From: an uncultured bacterium
Lineage (GTDB): Bacteria; Margulisbacteria; WOR-1; JAKLHX01; JBAZKV01
Direction of reading: 5' to 3'
NCBI GenBank assembly: GCA_964443545.1
Contig: CAYUCV010000010.1
Coordinates: 1 to 47,241, forward strand
Length of the DNA: 47,241 bases
In this document: piece by piece, positions 17,059 through 26,425 of the stretch
How the letters are laid out: each line of letters begins with the position of its first letter
How positions within the stretch are numbered: the stretch's first letter is position 1
Translations under genes and position numbers: made by a program
The notes under the pieces: model-generated
The model's input: only the letters and a program-made list of their open reading frames with translations
Told to the model about the DNA's origin: nothing
Databases searched by the model: none

Positions 17059-18506
17059 TGCAAAATTATATCACAGTCCGCCTCAAAGGTTCTGGGCCAG
17101 GGAAGAGCAATGTCCAATTTCCAGTTCCCGATTTCCAATTTTGAGAGGAACTCTTTGGACCAGTCAGCCATTTTTTGTTTTGCGATCATCTCGATATCCT
17201 TTTTTTGAGGGCCGAGGTCATATTTTGATATGCCCGTCTCTTCCAGATATTTGTTTATTTGAGGTCTTACAACGGCCTGATAACCAAGGTCATCGACAAA
17301 GCGCTCCAGCAAAAAGGGTTTATTTTCGGGCAGAACAGCCTGGGCAACAGCACAGCCGATAGAGTTGGAGGCTGTGTTCCATCCGGCATAGGCATCCAGC
17401 AGGTCCAGCCGGAAAACGCTTCCGAGCGTTTCCAAGAACTGGGCATCTGCTCCGTTGCAGTAATTGATGTCCGCAACAGCGGCTTTTTTGCCCAGGTCCT
17501 TTACCATGACAATTTCCGAGCAGAAATTCTTTAAAAGATGCAGCCGCTCCCCTTCCTTTAACTTTGGAGCTTCAAACAGCAGGTCCTTCTGTTTATCGTC
17601 GAAAAGATCAATGAACAGCACAATATCCGAGTCCGAGATCTTTTCCGTCATGACGGCCCCGGCCGCGCTTATGTGCTGCGCAACATTATCTGCCACAGAT
17701 GAATCCTCATACATCGCTGTTGCTTTCTCGTTCTTTGCGGAATATCTTACGGCTATTTTTGGCCTGTCCTTGGAGCGTTCACTGACCTGCCTGGCGGTAA
17801 GAACGCAGGAGAGTTCGTCCGCCCCGTTGGTGATAAGGACCTTTTCCTTGAGGCACAGAGAGCTGATCTGATCTTCAAGTAAAACGACCTCCCTAACTTG
17901 CAATCCTTCCGGAGCAGAATCCTCCTTGCCAAGCACAAGATAGTCGATCACTCCGCTGCCGGTCAGTTCAATACAGGCCCTGTTGATTTCGTGATTCCTT
18001 TTTCTTACAGAAATGAACTCTTCTATGACCTCACGGGGAAGCCCTTCCCCGGGCCTAAAAAGGTCTTCCGCTTCCTTTGCAAGAGCGGCGGACTTGAACA
18101 GCCTTTGCCAGATCTCCGCCTCTTTTTCTGACCCCGCTGTTATGGAAAGCCGGGTTATGATAGATAAAGCAAAGATCTTTATTTTTGGGTTGTCTTTCCT
18201 TATTTGCATTAAGCAGGACAGGTTATTTCTCGCCTCCTCAAGCGATGTTTTTGAAGAGCGCGAGGCAATAAGCCCGCCGTAAGAGAGCATGTCGGAAGAA
18301 ACTATAAGCCCGGAACAGGCGCCTGATATTTCCTTGATCCAATCGATGATCCCGGCAGTATCCGCAGGCTTTTTGAAGTAGTCCAGCAGCTCTGTGGGAG
18401 GAACAATAACATCAAATCCGGCTGCAGCTGCCAGCTTTACGGGGAATTTTAAGTTGCACGGCCTGCTGTCCAGGGGGACCAGGGCCATCTTGTTATTCAG
18501 CTGCAA
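17055..18506 (-). CDS. Uncharacterised protein, probably DUF4127 family
   Basis: N-terminal ALVPLDSRPCN resembles the conserved start of DUF4127 proteins as I recall them. TTG start at 18506 has GGAGG 9 nt upstream. An alternative ATG at 18488 has no SD. Confidence 0.55.
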   Translation of the reverse strand: MQLNNKMALVPLDSRPCNLKFPVKLAAAAGFDVIVPPTELLDYFKKPADTAGIIDWIKEISGACSGLIVSSDMLSYGGLIASRSSKTSLEEARNNLSCLMQIRKDNPKIKIFALSIITRLSITAGSEKEAEIWQRLFKSAALAKEAEDLFRPGEGLPREVIEEFISVRKRNHEINRACIELTGSGVIDYLVLGKEDSAPEGLQVREVVLLEDQISSLCLKEKVLITNGADELSCVLTARQVSERSKDRPKIAVRYSAKNEKATAMYEDSSVADNVAQHISAAGAVMTEKISDSDIVLFIDLFDDKQKDLLFEAPKLKEGERLHLLKNFCSEIVMVKDLGKKAAVADINYCNGADAQFLETLGSVFRLDLLDAYAGWNTASNSIGCAVAQAVLPENKPFLLERFVDDLGYQAVVRPQINKYLEETGISKYDLGPQKKDIEMIAKQKMADWSKEFLSKLEIGNWKLDIALPWPRTFEADCDIILQ

Positions 18507-19239
18507 GTTTGACGACCTCCGTATTTAATTTGCCTCTGTTCCATGTGGCTTTAATGTAGTGATGGAACCCTCCCGCAAAATGAGGAAGATGGAGCCTCCC
18601 CCCACCTCCGCCGGATAAAATGTAGGTTATGCCGTTTCTCTTTTCGTACACATAGCCGTGCACATGTCCGCAAAAGACCGCTGCGACCCGGTTATTTTCA
18701 AATAAAGAGATAAGTTCCTGAGCCTGTAAGGCGGGCTGCATCACCTCATCGGGAAAGGAACCCGCTATGTCAAAAAGCGGCTTGTGCATAAAGACGATCT
18801 TGGGTTTGTTTTTGTTGGCTCTCAGCTCCTTTTTCAGCCAGGCATATTGATCGCTGCCAAGACCTTTGCGGGAGGCATTATAAAGCGAGATAAAGCGCAC
18901 GCCTTCTACTTCCCAGGAGTAGTAAGGGGAACCAAAGTGCTTCCTAAACCTTTCCAGGCCGCCTTTTTTGTCGTCATGGTTGCCGGCAAGGTTATAGAAA
19001 CGGGCCTTGGCTGCCGACACAACGCTTTTGTATTTGTTGTATTCCCACTCTGTGCCATAGGGAGTTAGGTCCCCGGTATTTACGGCAAAAAGGAGCGAGG
19101 GGTCCCGGTTCATCAAGGCAATGGCTTTTCTGAAAGTGTCGTTATTACCCTGGACATCCCCTATTACGGCAAAAGAAAAGGCAAAAGCGCTGGAGCAAAG
19201 GACCGACAAAAAAAACAACAGCGCCGCCAGGTGCTTCAC
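18493..19239 (-). CDS. Secreted calcineurin-like metallophosphoesterase
   Basis: Signal peptide MKHLAALLFFLSVLCSSAFA. Metallophosphoesterase motifs GDVQG, NTGDL, GNHD and CGHVHGY. Confidence 0.85.
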   Translation of the reverse strand: MKHLAALLFFLSVLCSSAFAFSFAVIGDVQGNNDTFRKAIALMNRDPSLLFAVNTGDLTPYGTEWEYNKYKSVVSAAKARFYNLAGNHDDKKGGLERFRKHFGSPYYSWEVEGVRFISLYNASRKGLGSDQYAWLKKELRANKNKPKIVFMHKPLFDIAGSFPDEVMQPALQAQELISLFENNRVAAVFCGHVHGYVYEKRNGITYILSGGGGGRLHLPHFAGGFHHYIKATWNRGKLNTEVVKLAAE

Positions 19240-19922
19240 AGCTGATCGATCGCCTCTTTAAAGTTCCTTGTGGCTTCTTCTATGGATGCAGCGGTCTTGC
19301 CCGTTACGATAGCGCCTATCATGACGGATTTTACGCCGGTATCCGCAAGAATGGGGATCTCGTCCGGTTCTATGCGGCGCTGCGTCGGCACTATGACCGG
19401 CAATGCGGAAGAAATTGCAAGGCTGATGTAATACTGAAGGTCGCCCACGGTAAGGTTTTGACCGTACCCCAGGTGTGGAACGATCGCGGCCTCAAGCCCG
19501 TCTATATGCGAGGCCTTTAGGTGGACCACTTTGTCCATAGACTGCTTGCCGTCGACGGCAGCGATCTTGGTGATGTTCTTGATACCGAGCATAAAGGCGG
19601 GAATGTCATCGACATTCATGTCAAAATAATCAAAGCCCATCTTGACAGCTTCCTTCATATCGGCCTCCGTGGGCTTTACCTGGGCACCCGGCACTATGCC
19701 GACCGGTATCTTTGCTATCTTTAAGATCTGCTCAAACCTTGTTTTTTCTTGGGCAAAACTGCCAAAGGACACTCCGCTGGCCTTGTGCTGGATATTGCAG
19801 TGGACCTTTAGCGCATCGGCCCCTCCCGCAATTGCCGCTTTGGCGAATTCAATATCATTATCCGGAAGGCTTACTATCAGGGTCAGTTTTTTCTTTTCAA
19901 AATTATCGAGAAGCTTTACCAT
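19236..19922 (-). CDS. Phosphate-binding TIM-barrel protein, distantly NanE-like (putative sugar-phosphate epimerase/aldolase fold)
   Basis: Start placed at ATG 19922 (MVKLLDNF...) with AGGAAAGGA upstream. The pattern LIVSLP...GGADALKVHCN...IPVGIVPG...GFDYF...LPVIVP...VMIGAIVTG resembles the ManNAc-6-P epimerase layout. The first 52 codons of the ORF-track model translate a palindromic repeat. Confidence 0.55.
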   Translation of the reverse strand: MVKLLDNFEKKKLTLIVSLPDNDIEFAKAAIAGGADALKVHCNIQHKASGVSFGSFAQEKTRFEQILKIAKIPVGIVPGAQVKPTEADMKEAVKMGFDYFDMNVDDIPAFMLGIKNITKIAAVDGKQSMDKVVHLKASHIDGLEAAIVPHLGYGQNLTVGDLQYYISLAISSALPVIVPTQRRIEPDEIPILADTGVKSVMIGAIVTGKTAASIEEATRNFKEAIDQL

Positions 19923-19954
19923 TAATTTTATTCCTTTCCTTTCTATTGAAACTG

Positions 19955-20062
19955 CAACCCCGACCCTCACCCCTAACCCCTCTCCCCGCTTTGCGGGGCG
20001 AGGGGAACCGGCCCTGACTGGACTCCCCTCTCCCCCTGGGAGAGGGGCAGGAGGTGAGGGCT
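19955..20062. repeat. GC-rich compound palindromic (REP-like) element between glyQ and the TIM-barrel gene
   Basis: Outer arms are ccctcacc (19964-71) and ggtgaggg (20053-60). Inner hairpins are cccctc-t-ccccgc ttt gcgggg-c-gagggg (about 19977-20005) and cccctctccc cct gggagagggg (20025-47). No U-tract follows either hairpin. Confidence 0.7.
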
Positions 20063-20082
20063 TTTTGGCAACCCCCATTAAT

Positions 20083-20979
20083 TTATTTTATCTTTATCAG
20101 CGGAAATCCGAGTTCCTGCCTCTGGTCAAGGTATCCACGGGCGCAGATCCGGGCCAGCTTTCTTATTCTTCCTATATAATGAGCTCTTTCTGTAACACTT
20201 ATCGCTCCCCTTGCCTCAAGGATGTTAAAAATGTGCGAACATTTGAGTACATAGTCATAAGACGGAAGCACTAATCCTGATTTCAGGATGCGTCCCGCCT
20301 CTTTTTCGCAGCTGTCAAACATAAGCGAGAGCATGGCGATATCGGCTTCCTCAAAATTGTATTTGGAATGTTCCTTCTCCGCCTGGAGATGTATATCCCC
20401 GTATGTCGTATCCCCGCTCCAGATTATGTCATACACATTTTTCTTTTTTTGCAGGTACATTGCGATACGCTCAAGCCCATAGGTTATCTCAGCACTGATC
20501 GGCTTTAGATCGATGCCTCCGCATTGTTGAAAATAGGTGAACTGTGTTATCTCAAGTCCATCCAGCCAAACCTCCCAGCCCACACCCCAGGCCCCCAGCG
20601 TTGGGGATTCCCAGTTGTCTTCAATGAACCTTAGATCATGTTTTTCGGGCTCTATCCCGAGGCTCCGAAGACTGTCGACATAAAGGTCCTGAACCTCAAG
20701 AGGAGAAGGCTTAAGTATTACCTGGTATTGATAATAGTGGAACAGCCTGTTGGGGTTCTCTCCATACCTGCCATCGCCAGGCCGTCTTACCGGGTCCACA
20801 TAAGCCACCCTCCATGGCTCCGGCCCCAGCACCCTGAAAAAGGTCGGCGGACTCATGGTCCCTGCCCCTTTTTCTATATCATAGGGCTGCTGCAGAACGC
20901 AACCCTTTTTGGACCAGTACTGGGACAGGTTGAGTATTATCTCCTGAAAGGTCAGAAATTGTTTTTTATTTTTTGACAT
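20083..20979 (-). CDS. glyQ: Glycine--tRNA ligase alpha subunit
   Basis: [35 protein letters not shown]...[14 protein letters not shown] is highly conserved GlyQ sequence. 298 aa. Confidence 0.96.
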   Translation of the reverse strand: MSKNKKQFLTFQEIILNLSQYWSKKGCVLQQPYDIEKGAGTMSPPTFFRVLGPEPWRVAYVDPVRRPGDGRYGENPNRLFHYYQYQVILKPSPLEVQDLYVDSLRSLGIEPEKHDLRFIEDNWESPTLGAWGVGWEVWLDGLEITQFTYFQQCGGIDLKPISAEITYGLERIAMYLQKKKNVYDIIWSGDTTYGDIHLQAEKEHSKYNFEEADIAMLSLMFDSCEKEAGRILKSGLVLPSYDYVLKCSHIFNILEARGAISVTERAHYIGRIRKLARICARGYLDQRQELGFPLIKIK

Positions 20980-21002
20980 TTATTTTATTATACTCTAATT
21001 AT

Positions 21003-21060
21003 TAAATCCTAAATCCAAAGCTCTAAATCCTAAACAAATTCCAAATTCAAGATCCAAAAC
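21003..21060. repeat. Single arm of the TAAATCC-heptamer repeat element (related to 41737..41802)
   Basis: taaatcctaaatccaaagctctaaatcctaaacaaattccaaattcaagatccaaaac, compared with caaatcctaaatcccaagcactaaatcctaaacaatatctaaatccaaatgaccaaaatccaaaac at 41737. It overlaps the last codons and the stop of proS. Confidence 0.7.
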
Positions 21061-22300
21061 CCACAGTTCCGGCTACTTCCGCTAAGGCCACCAGTTTTTT
21101 TTCTCCCGTCTTCCTTACAGCCACCTCAGCCTTTCCTTCCTTAAGCGTCTTGCCGATAACTATCTTGTAAGGAATTCCGATAAGGTCCATATCCTTGAAT
21201 TTTACCCCTGCCCTTTCGTCGCGGTCATCCAGGATAGTTTCAACCCCCCTGTCCGTAAGTTCTTTGTAGATCCTCTGGGATGCCTGCATCTGCTCCGTAT
21301 CCGTGATATTGACCGGGACAACAGCGGCCTTGTAAGGCGCGATCGCTTCGGGCCAGATGATGCCGTTATCATCGTGGTTCTGCTCTATCGCGGCAGCCGC
21401 CGTCCTGCCTATCCCTATCCCGTAGCAGCCCATTATGAACGGTTTTCTTGCACCTGACTCATCAAGATAGGTCGCGTTCATTTTTTCGCTGTACTTTGTC
21501 CCCAGCTTAAAGATGTGCCCTACTTCTATCCCTCTTTCCACCTTTAGGACCCCGGTAGAGCATTTGACGCAGGAATTGTCGCTTTCTATCTTGGACATTT
21601 CTTTTGAGACCGCATAGGAACAGTCGCTGCAATAGGCTATTTCCTCTTCTCCAGTGCTTGCCACTACCATGAACTCCTGAGAAAATCCTCCTCCGATGGC
21701 CCCCGGATCGGCCTCAACCTCCCTATAGTTGAGCCCGCATCTCTTAAAGATGTTGCGGTAGGCCTGCCGCATTTTTTCATAACTTGCTTCCATCCCCTTA
21801 TCATCACCGTCAAAGCTGTAGCAGTCCTTCATCAAAAATTCCCTTCCGCGCATAAGGCCGAACCTCGGCCTTATCTCGTCGCGGAACTTTGTCTGTATCT
21901 GGTACAGCATCATGGGGAGTTCCTTGTATGATTTGACATTGTTCCTGACCAGGTCGGTTATCACCTCTTCGTGGGTGGGCCCCAGACAAAAGTCCCTTTC
22001 GTGCCTGTCCTTTATCCTCATCAATTCCTTTCCGTAAACATCCCATCTTCCCGTCTCTTTCCAGAGCTCCGAGGGCTGCACCGCGGGAAGGAGCAATTGC
22101 TGCGCTCCCGCTTTGTCCATCTCATCGCGGACAATATCTTCTATCTTTCTTATGACCTTCCATCCCAGGGGAAGAAGAGTGTATATCCCAGAGGCCAGCT
22201 TTCTTATGTAGCCGGCTCTCAGCATAAGCCTGTGGCTTACAACCTCGGCCTCTTTGGGGTCTTCCCTTAAGGTGGGGATCAGCAGCTGTGAATATCTCAT
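21047..22300 (-). CDS. proS: Proline--tRNA ligase, bacterial-type catalytic core and anticodon-binding domain, without the INS editing domain
   Basis: N-terminus [40 protein letters not shown], motif 2 [17 protein letters not shown], motif 3 [17 protein letters not shown]. Only 417 aa, against about 570 aa for INS-containing enzymes. Confidence 0.93.
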   Translation of the reverse strand: MRYSQLLIPTLREDPKEAEVVSHRLMLRAGYIRKLASGIYTLLPLGWKVIRKIEDIVRDEMDKAGAQQLLLPAVQPSELWKETGRWDVYGKELMRIKDRHERDFCLGPTHEEVITDLVRNNVKSYKELPMMLYQIQTKFRDEIRPRFGLMRGREFLMKDCYSFDGDDKGMEASYEKMRQAYRNIFKRCGLNYREVEADPGAIGGGFSQEFMVVASTGEEEIAYCSDCSYAVSKEMSKIESDNSCVKCSTGVLKVERGIEVGHIFKLGTKYSEKMNATYLDESGARKPFIMGCYGIGIGRTAAAAIEQNHDDNGIIWPEAIAPYKAAVVPVNITDTEQMQASQRIYKELTDRGVETILDDRDERAGVKFKDMDLIGIPYKIVIGKTLKEGKAEVAVRKTGEKKLVALAEVAGTVGFGS

Positions 22301-22315
22301 GTTCTCTCTTTCTGC

Positions 22316-24367
22316 CTAAATTACTATCTTTCCAAAATCAGCGAACCGCAGATACAGGCCGTTCAATTCGTTCAATAGTGCCAGCCTGTTCTTCCTTATG
22401 CTCTCATCCTGATGCATAACTAACACCTTTTCAAAAAACTCCTCTACCGCGGGCGTAAGATTGGCCAGGGTCAGCAGCGCTTTTTCGTATTGCTTTATAC
22501 CCATAACCTCTCTAAAAAGGTCCTTTGTCTGGACAAATGCGGAATACAATTTCTTTTCCCCGTCCTCGACAAAGAGGCTTGTGTCCGCCTTTGCGCCTTC
22601 CGCCTTTTGCGCTATCCTGCCTATCCTGTCCGCGCACATTATTATGCCTTTGACGCGGTTGTTTGCAAGTGAACTGTTAAGTATAAAAGCTTTGCAGTAT
22701 GTCTCTGTCAGGTTCGAGGCGTTGTTTATCACCGCGTCGCAGACGTCATGCTTTATTCCTTCGCCCTCAAGCACTGCCTTAAGCCTTTGCCCGATAAAGT
22801 CGGAGAGTTTTTTCTTGAGCTCATTTTTTTCGGCTGGGTTTTCCTCCAGCGCTTTGTCAAGCAGATTGCCAATGTCAATGGACAATTCCATAGCCAGGAT
22901 GATCGAGACTATACCCTGCGCCGCTCTTCTTAATGCATACGGGTCCTCGGACCCGGTCGGGATAAGCCCTGCTGCAAAGCAGGCGCATAAAGTGTCTATC
23001 CTGTCGGCAATACCGCAAATCGCCCCGTAGATCTCTTTGGGAGTGTCATCCCCCGAAAATCTCGGCAGGTAATGCTCGTAGACCGCTCTTGCAACACGGC
23101 TGTCCTCTCCCATGACAAGACAGTATTCCCTTCCCATTATGCCGGCCAGGGACGAGAATTCGCCGACCATATGAGAAGAAAGATCGAACTTAAGAAGGCT
23201 GCAGGCCCTTTCCACAATGCTCCAGAGGTCCTTTTTGTCAAGCAGGTCGTGGCAAATATACTTTGATATCTCGCTCACTCGGCTTGTTTTGTCGAACATG
23301 CTGCCAGCCTTTTCAAGAAAAGTGATCTTTTTGGTCTTTTCTATCATGGGGTCCAGCGTGTTCTTAAGGTCTTCGTCGTAGAAGAACTTGGCGTCGCTTA
23401 GCCTGGCGTTCACCACCTGTTCGTACCCTGCCTTCACATTTCCCTTTTCCCCTCCGTCCGACACTATCAAAAAAAAGGCCGCGCCGTCAGAGGGAAAGCA
23501 TTTCTGCTGCTTTTTGACCACCGTTGCAATAACATCCTGCGGCAGGACCAGAAGGAACTGCTGCAAAAAACTGCCCGCCACAACGGCTGGATTTTCGGTA
23601 AGATTTGCCGTCTCGTTAAGAAGTCCTGTGTCCAGCGGTATCTTTGCGTTGTTCTTCTTTTCGAAGTCTTTTATCTGCTCCTTTATCAGCTCTAGCCTGT
23701 CCTGTTTTGAAAGGACCACCCCGTGCTTTGCCAGGAAAGCTTTAAATTGGCCGATATCGGCTGCCCCGGCATAAGAGATCATTTTGTTGCCGGCCAGCAG
23801 GCGGTGCCCCCTGGACCTGCCGAACGAAACAACCCCTTTAAAGGACAGTTTGACAGGCTTACTGCCAAGAACAGCCAGCATATAGTGCAGGGGGCGTATA
23901 AAAGAGTGGGCGCCGTCACCCCACTTCATCGAAACTGGAAGAGGCAAAAGCTCCAGCAGTTTGGGAACGATCTCCTTAAGAATAGCTTCCGCGGTTTTTC
24001 CTTTTCTCTTTACTACGGCAAAAACATACTCGCCCGATCCGGTGTCCTTGATCTTAAGTTTTTTTGCATCAAGCCCCTGTGCCCTTGCAAAGCCTTCGGC
24101 AGCTTTTGTAAGGCCGCCTTCTTTATCATAGGCCGCAGATCTGGGAGGTCCTTTTATCTCAAGCACTTTGTCCTGCTGCTTATCCTCCAGGCCGTGGATA
24201 AAAAGCACAAGCCTCCTGGGGGTGCCGAGTGTTTCAACTGAAGAGAACTGCAGGTCGCTTTCCCGCAGCTTTTCTTCGGCAAGGCGCTTAAGGTCCAAAA
24301 GCACCGCATCCAAAAACCTTGACGGTATTTCTTCTGTACCTATTTCCAGCAAAAAATTGTTGCTCAT
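22316..24367 (-). CDS. glyS: Glycine--tRNA ligase beta subunit
   Basis: FLLEIGTEEIPSRF N-terminus, 683 aa, C-terminal DALR-like anticodon-binding region. The ATG shares one nucleotide with the fliI stop (TGATG). Confidence 0.95.
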   Translation of the reverse strand: MSNNFLLEIGTEEIPSRFLDAVLLDLKRLAEEKLRESDLQFSSVETLGTPRRLVLFIHGLEDKQQDKVLEIKGPPRSAAYDKEGGLTKAAEGFARAQGLDAKKLKIKDTGSGEYVFAVVKRKGKTAEAILKEIVPKLLELLPLPVSMKWGDGAHSFIRPLHYMLAVLGSKPVKLSFKGVVSFGRSRGHRLLAGNKMISYAGAADIGQFKAFLAKHGVVLSKQDRLELIKEQIKDFEKKNNAKIPLDTGLLNETANLTENPAVVAGSFLQQFLLVLPQDVIATVVKKQQKCFPSDGAAFFLIVSDGGEKGNVKAGYEQVVNARLSDAKFFYDEDLKNTLDPMIEKTKKITFLEKAGSMFDKTSRVSEISKYICHDLLDKKDLWSIVERACSLLKFDLSSHMVGEFSSLAGIMGREYCLVMGEDSRVARAVYEHYLPRFSGDDTPKEIYGAICGIADRIDTLCACFAAGLIPTGSEDPYALRRAAQGIVSIILAMELSIDIGNLLDKALEENPAEKNELKKKLSDFIGQRLKAVLEGEGIKHDVCDAVINNASNLTETYCKAFILNSSLANNRVKGIIMCADRIGRIAQKAEGAKADTSLFVEDGEKKLYSAFVQTKDLFREVMGIKQYEKALLTLANLTPAVEEFFEKVLVMHQDESIRKNRLALLNELNGLYLRFADFGKIVI

Positions 24368-25695
24368 CAGTAAAAGATCCCCATCAGTTGGTCCAGCATT
24401 TCTTCAAACTCCACCTGTTCAAAGGTGCCCTGCTTGAGAAAATCGTTGACCTGGTCGATCTTGGCTATGGCATCGTCTATCTTTGGATTGCTGCCCTTTA
24501 CATAAGCGCCTATGTTAATAAGGTCTTCTGCTTCCGAGTATCTGGCCAGGACCTCGCGGAGTTTGGCGGCAGCCTCTTTATGCTCGTCTGACACCAGGTT
24601 GGTCATAAGACGGCTCACGCTGTGCAGAACATCTATGGCCGGATAATGATTTTTGGCCGCCACATCTCTTGATAGGATTATGTGCCCGTCAAGGATGCTC
24701 CTGGACTGGTCCGAAATGGGCTCGTTAAAATCATCACCTTCTACCAGTATAGTATAAAAACCGGTGATAGAGCCCACCTCCGCGGTGCCGGACCTTTCCA
24801 TAAGTTTTGGAAGAAGGGCAAAAACGGAAGGGGTATAACCTCTTGTGGTCGGAGGCTCTCCGGTGGCAAGTCCCACATCCCTCTGCGCATAGGCAAACCT
24901 TGTAACCGAATCCATCATGAGAATGACCCTCATATCCTTGTCGCGGAAGTATTCGGCTATCGCTGTTGCCACAAAGGATGCCTTTAGCCTTATAAGAGGA
25001 GGCTGGTCGGAAGTAGCCACCACCACCACCGATTTCTTCATGCCTTCTTCGCCTAGAGATTCTTCTATAAAGTCCCTTACTTCTCTTCCGCGCTCTCCGA
25101 TCAGACCTATGACGTTGACATCAGCCTCGGCGTTCCTTGCTATCATTCCCATAAGAGTGGATTTGCCGACGCCGGAACCGGCAAAGATACCCATCCGTTG
25201 TCCTCTGCCGATGGTCAGGAGCCCGTCTATAGCTCTTATGCCTACTCTTAGAATGTCCGTCACCCTGGGGCGCTTGACAGGGTCTGGAGGATCGCCGTCC
25301 AGAGCCCTTTCTTCTTCGGCAACAACTGGACCTTTATCATCTATGGGCTCTCCTAACCCGTTGAGGACCCTTCCAAGTATAGACGGCCCCACCTTTACCG
25401 ACAGAGGCCTTCCTGCGGCAAGGACCTCTGCCCCGGGATGTATCCCGGAAGTGGTGCCAAGCGGCATGAGAAGGACCCTGCCTTCTTTAAAGCCTACGAC
25501 TTCACTGTAGGTAGAATTCCCCTCGTTCCCCAGTTTTACCACGCACAGGTCCCCGATGGAGACCCCCTGCACCTGGGCTTCGATTATAAGACCCACCACC
25601 TGGATCACCTTGCCGATGACTTTGACGTTTTCAGAGCGCTCTACTGCCTTGTGGTATTTTTCAAAATCGATCAGGAGGGATTCAAAGTTACTCAC
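24367..25695 (-). CDS. fliI: Flagellar export ATPase FliI
   Basis: Walker A GSGVGKST, Walker B VILMMDSVTRFA, F1/T3SS-ATPase architecture, 442 aa, follows fliH. Confidence 0.95.
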   Translation of the reverse strand: MSNFESLLIDFEKYHKAVERSENVKVIGKVIQVVGLIIEAQVQGVSIGDLCVVKLGNEGNSTYSEVVGFKEGRVLLMPLGTTSGIHPGAEVLAAGRPLSVKVGPSILGRVLNGLGEPIDDKGPVVAEEERALDGDPPDPVKRPRVTDILRVGIRAIDGLLTIGRGQRMGIFAGSGVGKSTLMGMIARNAEADVNVIGLIGERGREVRDFIEESLGEEGMKKSVVVVATSDQPPLIRLKASFVATAIAEYFRDKDMRVILMMDSVTRFAYAQRDVGLATGEPPTTRGYTPSVFALLPKLMERSGTAEVGSITGFYTILVEGDDFNEPISDQSRSILDGHIILSRDVAAKNHYPAIDVLHSVSRLMTNLVSDEHKEAAAKLREVLARYSEAEDLINIGAYVKGSNPKIDDAIAKIDQVNDFLKQGTFEQVEFEEMLDQLMGIFY

Positions 25696-26422
25696 TGGTC
25701 TGGACCTTTTTCATCTGCTGCTCTATCAGCGAAAGCTTGGTGCTTATCCTGGCATCCACATAACCGAGATTCGTTTCTATGATGCAGCCTCCGGCCTCGA
25801 TCTGTGAATCCTCAAGAATAGAAAGGTTCTTTATCCCGTCCACAAGTCCTGCTATCTTTTCCTTGTTCTGCTTTACCTGCTCAAAGTCATTCTTGCTGAC
25901 CTTGATTATGATGTTTTCCCTGTCGCTCACCCTGTTTATCGCCTCCGCCACCATGTTCATTATCACATCATTGTTGAGGGATACTTCGCTGCGGATTACC
26001 TGCTCCGCTATCTTTAGGGAAAGCCGCAGCAGCTCGCTTTCGGCATCCTTAATTATCTTTTTTCTTTCCTTGACCGCCTGGTTCAGCGTTTCCAGGGTCT
26101 CTTTTATGTTGTCATCCACCTGCTGCTGGCCCTGCCGCCTTCCTTCTTCAAAACCCTCTTCCCTGCTCTGTTTTCTTATATCTTCGGCTTCCTGTCTTGC
26201 CTGCGTCAGGATGCCTTCGGATTCTGCCCTGGCCTGGGAAAGAACATCCTGGGCCCTTGCTTCAAGCTGTCCCTGATCCTCCTGCCCGACAAAGTCCCTG
26301 CTTTCTACGAACGGCTCTTCTTCCGCCGCAAAAGAAGCGCGGTTAGAAGAGGCCGAGGACACATCCTGCTTTAGGTCGATAGTGCCTTTATCGAATACTT
26401 TTGTTCTTTTTATCAAGGCCAT
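25688..26422 (-). CDS. fliH: Flagellar assembly protein FliH
   Basis: Charged coiled-coil N-terminal half (EAEDIRKQSREEGFEEGRRQG) and a FliH C-terminal domain (LSLKIAEQVIRSEV...GGCIIETNLGYVDARI). Located between fliG and fliI. Confidence 0.88.
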   Translation of the reverse strand: MALIKRTKVFDKGTIDLKQDVSSASSNRASFAAEEEPFVESRDFVGQEDQGQLEARAQDVLSQARAESEGILTQARQEAEDIRKQSREEGFEEGRRQGQQQVDDNIKETLETLNQAVKERKKIIKDAESELLRLSLKIAEQVIRSEVSLNNDVIMNMVAEAINRVSDRENIIIKVSKNDFEQVKQNKEKIAGLVDGIKNLSILEDSQIEAGGCIIETNLGYVDARISTKLSLIEQQMKKVQTSE

Positions 26423-26425
26423 TTT

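Noticed and set aside
19923-20078. N-terminal 52-codon extension of the TIM-barrel ORF (MGVAKKPSPPAPLPGGEGSPVRAGSPRPAKRGEGLGVRVG...)
   Set aside because: It is the translation of the GC-rich palindromic element. The internal ATG at 19922 has a good SD (AGGAAAGGA) and starts the recognisable barrel sequence.
19642-20274. 210-aa plus-strand ORF spanning the TIM-barrel gene, the palindrome and the glyQ 3' end
   Set aside because: It is antisense to two well-supported genes and reads through a non-coding repeat. There is no domain signal.
20980-21046. T-box or other riboswitch leader for glyQ, glyS or proS
   Set aside because: The intergenic gaps are 67 nt, 1-nt overlap and 15 nt respectively. 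These are far too short for a T-box (about 200 nt or more). The 67-nt gap is occupied by the TAAATCC repeat.
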